NCBI GenBank assembly: GCA_965204335.1
Contig: OZ241982.1
Coordinates: 775,462-839,461, forward strand
Direction of reading: 5' to 3'
Source of the DNA: Dehalococcoidia bacterium
Lineage (GTDB): Bacteria; Chloroflexota; Dehalococcoidia; Bin125
DNA: 64,000 nucleotides
The notes under the pieces were generated by a model that made no database searches, was not told where the DNA came from, and saw only the letters and a list, made by a program, of their open reading frames with translations. Positions 19,138 through 29,193 of the stretch are shown here, in pieces. The position numbers and the translations under genes are program-made. Each line of letters starts with the position of its first letter. The first letter of the stretch is position 1.

Positions 19138-20346
19138 TCAGTTCTGCGGATACAGCTTCACGGCCTGGTTGGCGCCGAGCAACACGGCGTAGAGCGCGCC
19201 GTCCTCGTCGCTGACCAGGATGCGGTCGTCACGCAGGACCGCGTTGGCCATCAGGTCCTTCGCCCCTTCGAGGCGAAATTGCCTGAGCAACGAGCCGTCC
19301 GCTGCGTTGAGTTGATGAATCGTGCCGCCCCGAGCCACGAGCACGAGGATCCCGGCGCCGCTACCGTCCTCTCGCTCGACGAACAGCGGTTGGGCGCGAA
19401 TCCGATCGTCGGCCGGATAGGGCGCCAGCCAGCGCGGTGCTCCGGTGCGGGTATCGAACGCGTAGACGTTCCCGCGCAGATCGGTGACATACATCACGCC
19501 GTCGTGGATCAGCGGAGTGCCCCAGAGCCAGTGCGACGCCTCGGCCACCCAGACCTGGCCGCCCGTCGCCGCGTCGAGACCGTACAGCGACCGGTCCAAA
19601 CCGCCGACGTAGACCAGGCCGTCGGAGGCGCTGACGGCGCCGGCGACGCCGCCGTCAAGCTCCACCTGCCACGCTTCCGTTCCGGCCTGGGGATCGTCCA
19701 CGTTGATCGCCGTGATCCGGCCGTCCAGTCCGGCCACGATCAGGAGTCGTCCCCGGTCCGTGTCGACCAATGCCGGACCGCCCCAGATTTGCAGCTCGGA
19801 GTCGCCGTTCCAGGTCCAAACCGGCTCGCCCGGCTGTTCAACATCCACCGCGTAGACCCGGTACGAGGTATCGGCCAGGTAGACCCTGGAGCCGTCAACG
19901 ACGAGGTCCGCGACCAGGCGCGCGTCGCTTTCGAACACGACCCGCGCCGACTCGCCGTCGCGCCGCACGGCGTAGAGCACGCCGTCCGAATAGCCGGCCA
20001 GCAGCCATTCGTCGGTCGATTCAACCCAGACCGGGTCGGCGTAAAAGGCCTCCGGCTCGATCTCGGCGTCCAGGCCCGGGAAGTTGCCGTCATCGTCGGG
20101 GAACTGCCAGGCTTCCGCCCCGAAATTGCCGTCGAGCAGGCGAAGCGCAACCACCATCTTGTCGCCGGTCGGCGCCAGCAACTGCGTCTCCGGTTCGATC
20201 GGATCAGGCGTCGGCGCGGCCCAGCCGTCGGGCTGGTCGGCGACATCGCAGGCCACGAGCACGGGAATCACGAGCAGGAGCGCCGGCAGCAGCCAACGTC
20301 GCCGGCCGAGCCGATCAAATTGTTTCACGTGAAACATCCTGATCAT
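19138..20346 (-). CDS. PQQ-repeat beta-propeller lipoprotein (BamB-like fold)
   Basis: Lipobox LVAC after a signal peptide, and repeated PQQ-like blades. Start probably at MIRMFHV (20346); the track ORF extends to 20466. Confidence 0.7.
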   Translation of the reverse strand: MIRMFHVKQFDRLGRRRWLLPALLLVIPVLVACDVADQPDGWAAPTPDPIEPETQLLAPTGDKMVVALRLLDGNFGAEAWQFPDDDGNFPGLDAEIEPEAFYADPVWVESTDEWLLAGYSDGVLYAVRRDGESARVVFESDARLVADLVVDGSRVYLADTSYRVYAVDVEQPGEPVWTWNGDSELQIWGGPALVDTDRGRLLIVAGLDGRITAINVDDPQAGTEAWQVELDGGVAGAVSASDGLVYVGGLDRSLYGLDAATGGQVWVAEASHWLWGTPLIHDGVMYVTDLRGNVYAFDTRTGAPRWLAPYPADDRIRAQPLFVEREDGSGAGILVLVARGGTIHQLNAADGSLLRQFRLEGAKDLMANAVLRDDRILVSDEDGALYAVLLGANQAVKLYPQN

Positions 20347-20641
20347 GAGGCGCCGTGCGGCTCGGCGGCGCCGGATCGTATCCGCCGGGGTTGAACGGAT
20401 TGCAGCGCAGCAGCCGCCAGACTCCCAGTCCCATGCCCACAACCGCGCCGCGCGATTGAACCGCATCGATCATGTATTGCGAACAGGACGGCTCGAATCG
20501 GCACTGCGATCCGAGTCCGGCGAACAGCGGCGACAGCACCGCCTGATATCCGCGCAGCAGGACAATCGTTAGCCGATCAGCCAGTCCGCTCGCCGCATGT
20601 CGCGGGCCGGATGGCGCGGCTGCAGGTCCCGCTCGCTTCAA
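20315..20641 (-). CDS. yidD: Membrane protein insertion efficiency factor YidD
   Basis: YQ..LSP....CRFEPSCSQY...RCNPFNPGGYDP signature. ATGA coupling to rnpA. Confidence 0.8.
   Translation of the reverse strand: MKRAGPAAAPSGPRHAASGLADRLTIVLLRGYQAVLSPLFAGLGSQCRFEPSCSQYMIDAVQSRGAVVGMGLGVWRLLRCNPFNPGGYDPAPPSRTAPHDQDVSRETI
20321..20336. promoter_or_regulatory. parS: parS centromere site (ParB binding site)
   Basis: Perfect 16-bp palindrome TGTTTCACGTGAAACA, matching the parS consensus TGTTNCACGTGAAACA. About 5 kb from parAB. Confidence 0.8.
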
Positions 20642-21045
20642 GACGCACCTCTTGCCGCGGCGCCCGAGTGACCGTCTGCCGGCCGACCAGGGTCGGACAA
20701 CCGAGCGACAACGCCGCGGAGTAGCCGCTCAAGCGTGCCGTCCAGGCGAGCGAAGTCGGCCTCCGCCGCGCCCTGGCGGGCGATCACCACGATGTCCAGA
20801 CCGCGACAGGCGCCTTCGGTATTCAGCCGCCGGGCCGACTCGCGCAGTCGGCGGCGAATCCTGTTTCTGACCACGGCCCCGCCGATTCGTTTGCTCACGG
20901 CGAACCCGAACCGGCAGGGAAGCTCGACCGACTCGGCCTCCCGCCGCCGCGCGCGCAGCGCCAGCACGCCGCTGGAGCGCGAGATGCCATCTCGAAACAC
21001 GGCATCGAAGTCCGACTTGCGTCGTAGTCGCTGATCACCACGCAT
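20638..21045 (-). CDS. rnpA: RNase P protein component
   Basis: Basic RnpA signature (FGFAVSKRIGGAVVRNRIRRRLRE). Downstream of rpmH. Confidence 0.85.
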   Translation of the reverse strand: MRGDQRLRRKSDFDAVFRDGISRSSGVLALRARRREAESVELPCRFGFAVSKRIGGAVVRNRIRRRLRESARRLNTEGACRGLDIVVIARQGAAEADFARLDGTLERLLRGVVARLSDPGRPADGHSGAAARGAS

Positions 21046-21108
21046 CGTTCGTTGGTGCTTCACGCGGCCTGAGCGCGCGGTCCAACATGAATTCGGATCG
21101 AAACGTAT

Positions 21109-21249
21109 TCAGACGACGGTTAACCGCCGTCGGCCGCGGGCTCGGCGACGCTTGAGCACGGCGCGTCCCCCTCGGGTTGACATTCGCTTGAGGAATCCAT
21201 GTTCCCGCTTGCGCGGAATCCGTTTCGGTTGGTAGGTGCGTTTCGGCAT
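21109..21249 (-). CDS. rpmH: 50S ribosomal protein L34
   Basis: Hand translation gives [52 protein letters not shown] Shine-Dalgarno 7 nt upstream. Below the 60-aa cut-off of the ORF track. Confidence 0.9.
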   Translation of the reverse strand: MPKRTYQPKRIPRKREHGFLKRMSTRGGRAVLKRRRARGRRRLTVV

Positions 21250-21386
21250 CATCTCCCTCGGCACATCACGGGACACACGGGCCCGCTCGACGCGGAGCAG
21301 TAGGACAAGTACGTGTCAGTATACGCCAGCCCCTGGTTCGAACGCGTTGCCTGGACTGCGAACCTCTGCGACCGGGTGAGCGTCCA

Positions 21387-23753
21387 TCACTCGGCGATCT
21401 GCGCCAGTGCGCGATAGACGGCCCGGGTCTCGATCACGTACTGAACATACGTTCTTGTCGAGTTGAAGTCCAGGGCGGCCAGAAATCCATCCGGCCCGGC
21501 CAATGCCGCCGCATCCTCCCAGCGCGCGGCGTTGCCCGGACCGGCGTTGTAAGCCGCCAGCGCCATCACCGGCTCGTTCGAGAAGCCCTCGAGCTGCCGT
21601 GTCAGATACCAGGCGCCGAAGCGAATCGCCAGTTCCGGTCGGGCCAGGTCGTCGTGCTGATACTCAATCCCCAATCCGGCCGCAATATCCGACCCGGTCA
21701 GCGGAATCACCTGCGTCAGCCCGACCTCGCCGGCCAGACCGCTTGCATCCGGGTCGTAGAAGCTCTCACGCCGAATCAGCGACCAGAGCAGGAGCGGATC
21801 GACGCCTTCGGTCGTCGCGTGCAGTGTCATCACATCGGGCCAGGGCTGTGGATACGCCAGCAGCAGCAACGCCGGCGGCGCCTCCGTCCAGTTCAGCCCA
21901 AACAGGCCCAGGACGCGCTCCGCTGCCCGCGCCGAGGCGGAGAACTCCCCGCGCTCGGCCAGAAACTCGGCCGCGTCCGTGAGCGCCCAGGGGTCTCCCG
22001 CGACCCCTTCGATCATCGCGAGCAGCATCCGGTCGGCTGCGTCGTCAAAGCCTCCGAGACGCAGATCCCGCGCAGCCTGCCACTCGCGCAGGTTCGCAAC
22101 GTCGAGCGAGGAGGGATCCGCCTCACCGGTCAGACGCATCAGCCATTCCTCGGTCGAGAGGTCCATCAGTTCGAACCCGCCGAGCTCGAACAGCTCCGCC
22201 GCGCGCAGTCCGTAGTAGCCGACCGGATTGACCTCCACGACTTTCGCCGCCAGGTCGGCCGCCGTGTCCTGGTCTCCCGCTTCCCGATGCATCAGCGCGG
22301 ACCAGAGCAACAGCTCCTGCCGCACCCGCTCTCCCCAGAAGTCGGCGCCGTCGTTGGCCGCGTCCCGGAAGCGCTGCGCTGCCTCCGCCCATTGCCCCCG
22401 CGCCGAAGCCGACGACGCCCAGCGCCGCGCCGCCTCCGGTGCGCGTTCGTGCTCCGGATGCTCAAGCATCACCCGCCGCCAGTGCTCCTCGGCCGTCAGC
22501 TGATCTCCGTCAGCGATGGCGAACTCGGCCAGACGCATGGCCGACTCCGCCGCCAGCGGATCCGACGCGTCACGTCCGATCACCGCCGCATATCCCAACG
22601 CCGCGCTGGCCAGATCGCCGTTCCGCTGATGGATGGCGGCGATGTAAAACTCTCCGGCGACCTGCTCATCAGGTTCGCCCGACGATCCGAGCACATTCAG
22701 CATCGCGTGACGGGCGTCCGCGTCGCGCCCTTCCTTGAATCGGATCATGCCGATCGTGAGTTGATCGACCGCTTCGCCGGAGTCGAGCAACAGGCCCAGC
22801 GCCTCCCGGCTCTCCGCGTATTCCTGGTAGTCGCTGACCAGGGTGAACCAGGCCTCCTGGGCTGCGCCCAGATTGCCGCGATCGCGCTCCAGTGCGCCCG
22901 TGCGGCTCAGCGCCGCCGCCTGATCGTCGCGCCAGGGCGACTGCTGGAGCAGTTCGTCATAGCGAGCCAGCGCCCGCTCGGTCTCACCGGCGATATCCAG
23001 CTCCGTCGCGGCGACGTGGAGGGCGCGCAGCCGATCCTGCGCCGGCAGCGAACCGCCCAGCGCCCGCTCCGCCCACTCAATCGCCTCGCCGCCGCGACCG
23101 GCGCGTTGCAGCGTCCTCGCAATCTCCAGCGCCACCACGGCCCAGGCCGGACTGTCCGAGTTGACGTACTCGCTCATCGCCGCAACGGCGACGTCCGTCT
23201 GCGTGAGCATCAGCGCCGCCCGCGCCCGCAACAGGGCGTGACGGCGGGTCGCGTCGGCGCTCAGCGACCCGCCGATTTCGGCGAGCGCCACCTGCGCGTC
23301 CGACGGCCGCTCGAGGCGCAGCAACAGTTGCACGCGATCCAGTCGCAACCAGGTCAGCGCGTTAGCGCTCAGAGCGCCGCCCGCTGCGATCGCCGACTCC
23401 CGCACAGCCAGCGCCTGTTCCCAGTACCCGTTGTGCTCCAGCGCCGCCGCCTCCGATACCAGCAGCGCCACGGGATCCGTCCGCGTCCGTTCCGCCGGAC
23501 TCGGCTCGACCGGTTCCTGCTCTTGTACCGCGGTCTGCTCTGTCGGAGGCGGGGGACGGCTCGAAGTCTGCGACGCCGGCGCTTCCTGTTCGACTTGCTC
23601 CTCGTCGCCGCCGGAACACGCAATCGCGAGCACCGAGGCGCAGAGGACCAGCACAATCGGTCCGAGGAAGCTGCGGCGCAACAGTCGGGCAGCGTCGGCC
23701 GCTACGGCTAGTATCACAACGATCCCGGAATCCCCGCCGACGCCTGACCACAC
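21387..23753 (-). CDS. TPR-repeat lytic transglycosylase (SLT domain) lipoprotein
   Basis: N-terminal lipoprotein signal, long TPR-like helical region, and C-terminal SLT catalytic domain (GLTQVIP...AAYNAGPGNAARW). Confidence 0.8.
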   Translation of the reverse strand: MWSGVGGDSGIVVILAVAADAARLLRRSFLGPIVLVLCASVLAIACSGGDEEQVEQEAPASQTSSRPPPPTEQTAVQEQEPVEPSPAERTRTDPVALLVSEAAALEHNGYWEQALAVRESAIAAGGALSANALTWLRLDRVQLLLRLERPSDAQVALAEIGGSLSADATRRHALLRARAALMLTQTDVAVAAMSEYVNSDSPAWAVVALEIARTLQRAGRGGEAIEWAERALGGSLPAQDRLRALHVAATELDIAGETERALARYDELLQQSPWRDDQAAALSRTGALERDRGNLGAAQEAWFTLVSDYQEYAESREALGLLLDSGEAVDQLTIGMIRFKEGRDADARHAMLNVLGSSGEPDEQVAGEFYIAAIHQRNGDLASAALGYAAVIGRDASDPLAAESAMRLAEFAIADGDQLTAEEHWRRVMLEHPEHERAPEAARRWASSASARGQWAEAAQRFRDAANDGADFWGERVRQELLLWSALMHREAGDQDTAADLAAKVVEVNPVGYYGLRAAELFELGGFELMDLSTEEWLMRLTGEADPSSLDVANLREWQAARDLRLGGFDDAADRMLLAMIEGVAGDPWALTDAAEFLAERGEFSASARAAERVLGLFGLNWTEAPPALLLLAYPQPWPDVMTLHATTEGVDPLLLWSLIRRESFYDPDASGLAGEVGLTQVIPLTGSDIAAGLGIEYQHDDLARPELAIRFGAWYLTRQLEGFSNEPVMALAAYNAGPGNAARWEDAAALAGPDGFLAALDFNSTRTYVQYVIETRAVYRALAQIAE

Positions 23754-23762
23754 TGTACCCCC

Positions 23763-24908
23763 ATGTCACGGACATCGGACGCCCCTATGCCTGCGACCTC
23801 ATCCACGAGCTGGGCCGAGATCGACCTCGCGGCGCTGCAGCACAACGTCAACCTCCTCAGGCGCCAGGCGTCGCCGGCCGACGTGGCCGCAGTCGTCAAG
23901 GCCGACGCGTACGGCCACGGAGCAGCCGCGGTCGCGCGTGCCGCGATCGAAGCCGGCGCATCCCGGCTCTGCGTCTTCACGGTCAACGAGGCCGTCGAGC
24001 TCCGCGAGGCTGGCATTGACGCCGATATCGTCTGCCTGGGACCCGTACTCGATGGCGATCCGCCCGCGGTCGCCAGGTTCGACATCGCCGCCGTCGTCGA
24101 CTCGGACGAGACGGCCGCCCGCCTGTCCGCCGCCGCAGCGGGCGCGAACGCCCGCGTTCGGGTTCACCTCAATCTCGACGCGGGGATGCAGCGCTACGGC
24201 CAACCCATCGATGCGGCGGAAACGCTGGCCGCGTCCGTGCGCGGCCGCGAGCGCCTCACGCTCGAAGCAGTCTTCACCCACTTCCCCGACGCCGGTAACC
24301 CCGACTCCTCCGAGACCCTGGACGCCTTCCGCCGATTTCAGCAGGCAGCCGACCGGATCGGCGCGTCGCTGCGTCACGCCGCCGCATCCGCCGCGACGTT
24401 CAACCTGCCTGAGACCGCGCTGGACTTCGTCCGCGCCGGGATCGCGCTGTACGGCATCGATCCGGCGCCGGAACTCGCGCATCCACAGGCCAAACGCCTG
24501 CGGCCGGTGCTGTCCTGGCGCACGCGGCTGCTCTCGATTCGCAGTGTCAGCCGAGGAGAACCGGTGTCCTATGGCGGCCTCTGGACGGCCGCGCGGGACT
24601 CGCGGATCGGCGTCATCGGGGCCGGCTACGCCGACGGCCTGCGCCGCGCGCTGTCGCCCGGCGGGGACGTGCTCATCGCCGGCCAACGAGCGCCGATCCG
24701 CGGCACGATCTGCATGGACAGCTCGATGATCGACCTGACCGACATCCCGGCCGCCAGCGTCGGTGATGTCGTGACGATCATCGGGCAGGACGCCGGCGAT
24801 TCGATCAGTGCGTGGGACCTGGCGCGCCGCCTGGACACGATCCCGTACGAGATCTTCACCGGCATCACCGCTCGTGTGCCCAGAATGCCGCTCGATCCGC
24901 AAGCCTGA
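23763..24908 (+). CDS. alr: Alanine racemase
   Basis: PLP lysine motif VVKADAYGHG and C-terminal beta domain. Confidence 0.9.
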   Translation: MSRTSDAPMPATSSTSWAEIDLAALQHNVNLLRRQASPADVAAVVKADAYGHGAAAVARAAIEAGASRLCVFTVNEAVELREAGIDADIVCLGPVLDGDPPAVARFDIAAVVDSDETAARLSAAAAGANARVRVHLNLDAGMQRYGQPIDAAETLAASVRGRERLTLEAVFTHFPDAGNPDSSETLDAFRRFQQAADRIGASLRHAAASAATFNLPETALDFVRAGIALYGIDPAPELAHPQAKRLRPVLSWRTRLLSIRSVSRGEPVSYGGLWTAARDSRIGVIGAGYADGLRRALSPGGDVLIAGQRAPIRGTICMDSSMIDLTDIPAASVGDVVTIIGQDAGDSISAWDLARRLDTIPYEIFTGITARVPRMPLDPQA

Positions 24909-24952
24909 CCTTGTCGCCAACGCGATCCGTTCGTAGGATCAGGGTCGGAGAG

Positions 24953-25558
24953 ATGCTCATGACCGCTCGCGCACGCACCTTCGGAGCCTTGTTGGCGTTA
25001 GTCGGCGCCCTCGTCACGGCGACGGCCCTGGCTATGCTCAGTCCGACCGGCGCGAGCGAGTACCTGATTCAGGAAGAGCCGGAGCGAGGCACGACCGTCG
25101 CCGAAGCGCCGCACCAACTCATCCTCACCTTCGATCGACCGCTGGCGCAGATCAAGGGCGTTCATCACGTCGAAGTCACCGACAGCGCCGGTCACCGCGT
25201 CGACGATGGCCACCCCAGCATCTCCACCTACAGCCGGCGCACGCTGGTCGTCCCGATCCACGCCGAAGGCGACGGCACGCTCGACGTGCACTACCGCGTG
25301 CGATTGCTCGGCGATGGCGAGAGCATCGACGTGATCTCGTCCTACAACTTCAGCGTCGACCACACCCTGGGCCCAATCGAAGGCGACCAGCTCGAAGCGG
25401 CTGCCGAGGCCAAGTCCAGCCAGGCGCTGGTTCTCTGGACGATCGCGATCCTGATCGGCATCGCCGTCGCCGGTGGACTGATCTACTTCCTGCGCATGGC
25501 GACCGGTAACTCCCGCAGCTCGCTCGAACCGACCAACCGCAGCGTCTTCAGAGACTGA
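24953..25558 (+). CDS. CopC-like (copper resistance protein C domain) secreted protein with C-terminal transmembrane anchor
   Basis: Signal peptide, beta-sandwich CopC-like region with His residues, and C-terminal transmembrane helix LWTIAILIGIAVAGGLIYF. ATG at 24953 after the alr stop. Confidence 0.6.
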   Translation: MLMTARARTFGALLALVGALVTATALAMLSPTGASEYLIQEEPERGTTVAEAPHQLILTFDRPLAQIKGVHHVEVTDSAGHRVDDGHPSISTYSRRTLVVPIHAEGDGTLDVHYRVRLLGDGESIDVISSYNFSVDHTLGPIEGDQLEAAAEAKSSQALVLWTIAILIGIAVAGGLIYFLRMATGNSRSSLEPTNRSVFRD

Positions 25559-25566
25559 CCGACCCG

Positions 25567-26268
25567 CTAGTCGTCGCCGCTGCCGTCGTCGCCGCCCGGA
25601 CGCATCGCCGGGATCAGCGGCTGCGCGTCCTCGTTCCGCTTCGACTTGCGCTCCGGCAGCTCGGCGATCCGCTGCTTGACCGCCGCCACGTCATCCGGCG
25701 ACACGTCCCGATCCAGCACAAACACCGCCACGCCGGAATCCCGCAGCGCCTCGATATCCCCGGCCGAGACATCCGTGGGACACTTCACGCCCAGCGGCAC
25801 GGAGGTCAGCAGGGCCAGCCGACGCAGTTGCAGGATCGCGCTCAGGACGACCGGGAACTCGACCTCCACCGCGAGCTCCGCCGGTCGCAGGCTGCCCAAC
25901 GCGCGCGCATCCGCCTCGTCAATCCGCAGGTCGCTCAACCGGACGACGTAGTCCACGTCCTCGTCGAGCAGCGCGTCGGCGCGGGCGCCCTCGAGTTCGA
26001 AGGACACGAAGGACGCTCCGCTCTCTTTGGCGGCGCCGACGTTGTCGGACGTCAGCGCATCGAGCCGCGTACCCCAGACCGCCATGCCGGACGATTCCGC
26101 CGCGGAGCGGTCCTCGTCGTCGAGCGCCAGGCAGAAATCTGCGCCCTCAACGACGCCGATCGTCCCGACCAGCAGCGTCGGCTGGCGCTCGTCGGACGCG
26201 GCGCCGAATCCCAGACGCCGCTGTCCACCCTTACGCCGGTCACGGATCGCGTCCGCGAACTTGCCCAT
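25567..26268 (-). CDS. Hypothetical acidic protein
   Basis: 233 aa GC3-biased ORF with no recognisable motif. Confidence 0.55.
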   Translation of the reverse strand: MGKFADAIRDRRKGGQRRLGFGAASDERQPTLLVGTIGVVEGADFCLALDDEDRSAAESSGMAVWGTRLDALTSDNVGAAKESGASFVSFELEGARADALLDEDVDYVVRLSDLRIDEADARALGSLRPAELAVEVEFPVVLSAILQLRRLALLTSVPLGVKCPTDVSAGDIEALRDSGVAVFVLDRDVSPDDVAAVKQRIAELPERKSKRNEDAQPLIPAMRPGGDDGSGDD

Positions 26269-26366
26269 GGCTGCACTCCTTCGTTCATTCGCCTCGAATT
26301 GATTGTCGACTCAACTAGAATCCAGCTTAATTCAGGCTTGGGCTTGGCCAATCGGAATCGATTGAT

Positions 26367-26813
26367 GTGGAGGGGATCATGGACGCAGGCGAATGGCTGA
26401 CTGAACCCTTTCACGCCGCCCTAGATTGGGCTCCGATTCCGCTGCGCATCGTGCTCGGCGTCATCTTCATCGATGCCGGGTTGGGCAAGTTCCGGCGTGG
26501 GATCGGCGGATTCTCCGGTTGGCTGGAATCGCTCGGTGTGCCCTTCCCGAAACTCGCCGGTCCCGGCGTTGCGACGGTCGAGTTGGTCGGCGGCGTCCTG
26601 CTCCTGGCCGGACTGCTGGTCCCCTGGATCGCCATTCCACTCGCGATCAACATGATGGTCGCCACCTACGTCAACAAGTTCAAAGAGGGACTCCCATTCC
26701 AGGGCTCGTCCGACAAACAGGGTTACGAACTTGATGTACTGATGGTCTTCGCGTGTATAAGCTTGATCCTCATGGGCGCCGGACCCGCTTCTATTGATTC
26801 CATTCTTTCGTAG
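26367..26813 (+). CDS. DoxX family membrane protein
   Basis: 148 aa, four predicted transmembrane helices, DoxX-like. GGAGGGG Shine-Dalgarno. Confidence 0.75.
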   Translation: MEGIMDAGEWLTEPFHAALDWAPIPLRIVLGVIFIDAGLGKFRRGIGGFSGWLESLGVPFPKLAGPGVATVELVGGVLLLAGLLVPWIAIPLAINMMVATYVNKFKEGLPFQGSSDKQGYELDVLMVFACISLILMGAGPASIDSILS

Positions 26814-26887
26814 GCGCCGACTCACCACCGAAGTGGCTTCCCAGAAACGCTTGCCGGCGGCAAGCGAACAGCACGGGGGTCTGCTGG

Positions 26888-29107
26888 ATGGAACGCTGGT
26901 CGGCATTCGTCGCGGAGCATCCGTGGCGCATCATCCTCCTCTGGGTCCTCCTGGTCGTTGTGTCCGTCATTGCCGTGCGCAGTTTCGGCGGCACCCTGAC
27001 CGACTCGTTCACGGTTCCCGGCACCGAGTCCCAGGCCGCGTTTGACCTGCTCGCCGAGCGCTACCCGGCCCGATCCGGCTCCGAGCTCCTGGCCGTCTTC
27101 CACACGCCCGACGGCCGGATTGACAGCGACCAGGCCGGGGCAGCGATGGAGGCGTTCGCGCGCCACGCGATCACCGTCGACGAGGTGGCCCGCGTCGACC
27201 TGCCGCATCAACGACCGGGCAACGTCTCGCCCGACGGCCAGACCGCCATCGTCCGCGTGGCATTCGACAAGCTCGCCAACAACCTCGACGTAGACAACGT
27301 TGGCGCCGTCATCGAACATGGCGAGACCCTGCGTTCGGATGCCCTCCAGATCGATTTCGGCGGCGAACCGGTTCGCGAATACGAGACCGAGCCGCCCGGC
27401 GCGGCGGAGCTGGTGGGCCTCGCCGCGGCGATGATCATCCTGATCATCGGCTTCGGTTCGATCTTCGCCGCCGGGATGCCGATCGTCTCCGCCCTTGTCG
27501 GCCTCGCGATCGGCACCGTCGGCATCGTCATTGCGGCCGCATCGCTCGACATCACGACCGTCGCCCCCACATTCGGCGCGATGCTCGGCATCGGCGTCGG
27601 GATCGACTACGCCCTGTTCGTGATCGCCCGCTTCCGCGAGCAGCTCGCAGCCGGCCTCGATCCGCGCGAGGCGGCCCGAGCCTCCGTCACGACGGCCGGA
27701 CGCGCCGTGGCCTTTGCCGGATCGATTGTCGTCGTGTCGCTGCTCGGTCTGTTTGCCATCGGCATTCCCCTGATCGCCAACCTGGGGATCGCCGCCGCGA
27801 TGGTCGTCCTGCTCGAAATGCTGGTCGCGATTTCGCTCTTGCCGGCAATGCTCGTGATCATCGGACGGCGGATCGACAGATTCTCGATTCCCGGCTTGCA
27901 CTACACCGCCGGTGGCGAGCACGGACGCTGGTACCGCTTCTCGCGCCGGATCGAACGCCGTGCCCTGCTCTACCTGTTCCTGGCCTCCGCCATCCTGATT
28001 GCGCTCACGATTCCCGCCTTCACGATGGAACTCGGCGTCTCGGACGACGGCAACCGTCCGGACTCCTACACCTCGCGCCGCGCCTATGACCTGATCGCCG
28101 ACGCCTTCGGACCGGGCTCCAACGGCGCGCTGTTTGCGGTCGTCGACAACTCGGACCAGCGGCTCACTCCCGGCGACCTGCAAGCCGTCGCGCGAGCGGT
28201 CGCCGCCACCGACGGCGTCGCCGCCGTGTTGCCTCCCGATATCTCTGCCAACGGCGAAACCGCGCTGATTCCGATCATTCCGGCCTTCGCGCCCCAGGAG
28301 GCGGAGTCGCGCCAACTGGTGGGCCGGCTCCGCGACAGCGCCGTGCCGCTCGCCCTCGCCGATGCCGTACCCCGCACGACGGTCTACATCGCCGGCACCG
28401 TCGCGGCCTACGAAGACGTCACCGCCAAGATGATCTCGCGGCTTCCCTACTTCTTCGTGCTCGTGATCGGCGTCTCGATCCTGCTCCTGATGATGGCCTT
28501 CCGATCGATCGTCGTACCGCTCAAAGCGGCCGTCCTGAACATGCTCGCCATCGGAGCGGCGCTGGGCTTCACCGTCGCCATCTTCCAGTGGGGATGGGGG
28601 CTCTCGCTGATCGGACTCGACCGCACCGGCCCCATCGAGTCGTTCATCCCGATGATCATGTTCGCGATCCTCTTCGGGCTCTCGATGGACTACGAGATCT
28701 TCCTGCTCTCACGCATTCGCGAACACTGGCTGGAGACCAAGGATTCCGGCGAGTCGGTCGCGTTCGGCATCGGCGCGTCGGCCCGCGTGATCACGGCGGC
28801 GGCTGCGATCCTGATCGCCGTCTTCGGCAGCTTCGCCTTCTTCGGCGACGAGCGGGCCGTCAAGGAGTTCGGCATGGGCATGGCCTTCGCCATCTTCATC
28901 GACGCCACGCTCGTGCGACTCGTGCTCGTGCCGGCCTTCATGCAGGTCGCCGGCCCGATCAACTGGTACATGCCGAAGTGGCTCGACTCGATCCTGCCGG
29001 ACCTCACGATCGACCCGCCGATCCCGGTACGCACCCGCGTCCGGCGCATGCTCGGCGTCGCGCTGCACATGGTCCTGGCCCGGCCGCAGAAGTCCGCCCT
29101 GCGCTGA
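26888..29107 (+). CDS. MMPL family RND-type transporter
   Basis: 739 aa with two six-helix transmembrane bundles and two periplasmic porter-like loops. N-terminus MERWSAFVAEHPWRIILLWVLLVV. Confidence 0.85.
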   Translation: MERWSAFVAEHPWRIILLWVLLVVVSVIAVRSFGGTLTDSFTVPGTESQAAFDLLAERYPARSGSELLAVFHTPDGRIDSDQAGAAMEAFARHAITVDEVARVDLPHQRPGNVSPDGQTAIVRVAFDKLANNLDVDNVGAVIEHGETLRSDALQIDFGGEPVREYETEPPGAAELVGLAAAMIILIIGFGSIFAAGMPIVSALVGLAIGTVGIVIAAASLDITTVAPTFGAMLGIGVGIDYALFVIARFREQLAAGLDPREAARASVTTAGRAVAFAGSIVVVSLLGLFAIGIPLIANLGIAAAMVVLLEMLVAISLLPAMLVIIGRRIDRFSIPGLHYTAGGEHGRWYRFSRRIERRALLYLFLASAILIALTIPAFTMELGVSDDGNRPDSYTSRRAYDLIADAFGPGSNGALFAVVDNSDQRLTPGDLQAVARAVAATDGVAAVLPPDISANGETALIPIIPAFAPQEAESRQLVGRLRDSAVPLALADAVPRTTVYIAGTVAAYEDVTAKMISRLPYFFVLVIGVSILLLMMAFRSIVVPLKAAVLNMLAIGAALGFTVAIFQWGWGLSLIGLDRTGPIESFIPMIMFAILFGLSMDYEIFLLSRIREHWLETKDSGESVAFGIGASARVITAAAAILIAVFGSFAFFGDERAVKEFGMGMAFAIFIDATLVRLVLVPAFMQVAGPINWYMPKWLDSILPDLTIDPPIPVRTRVRRMLGVALHMVLARPQKSALR

Positions 29108-29180
29108 GCAATCTCAGCGCTCAACCTAGTCGGCGCTGAGCAATCTCAGCGCTCAACCCAACTTGCGCTGAGCCTCTCGC
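29108..29180. terminator. Tandem duplicated hairpin terminator between convergent mmpL and protease genes
   Basis: gcgctgagcaatctcagcgctcaacc repeated twice plus a third partial copy. Each unit forms GCGCTGAG-caatc-TCAGCGC. Confidence 0.7.
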
Positions 29181-29193
29181 GTTCGCGCCGCGT

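Noticed and set aside
21064-21386. oriC or DnaA boxes upstream of rpmH
   Set aside because: No TTATCCACA-like boxes found on either strand, and dnaA/dnaN are not adjacent. Only the rpmH gene and its Shine-Dalgarno are supportable here.
26822-28315. 497-aa ORF antisense to mmpL, and similar long antisense ORFs in nuo, secA and rpoC (35614..37893 +, 54964..56334 +, 60857..63634 +, 61107..62546 -)
   Set aside because: No motifs and extreme Arg/Asp/Gly composition. They are fully contained in strongly supported genes on the other strand.
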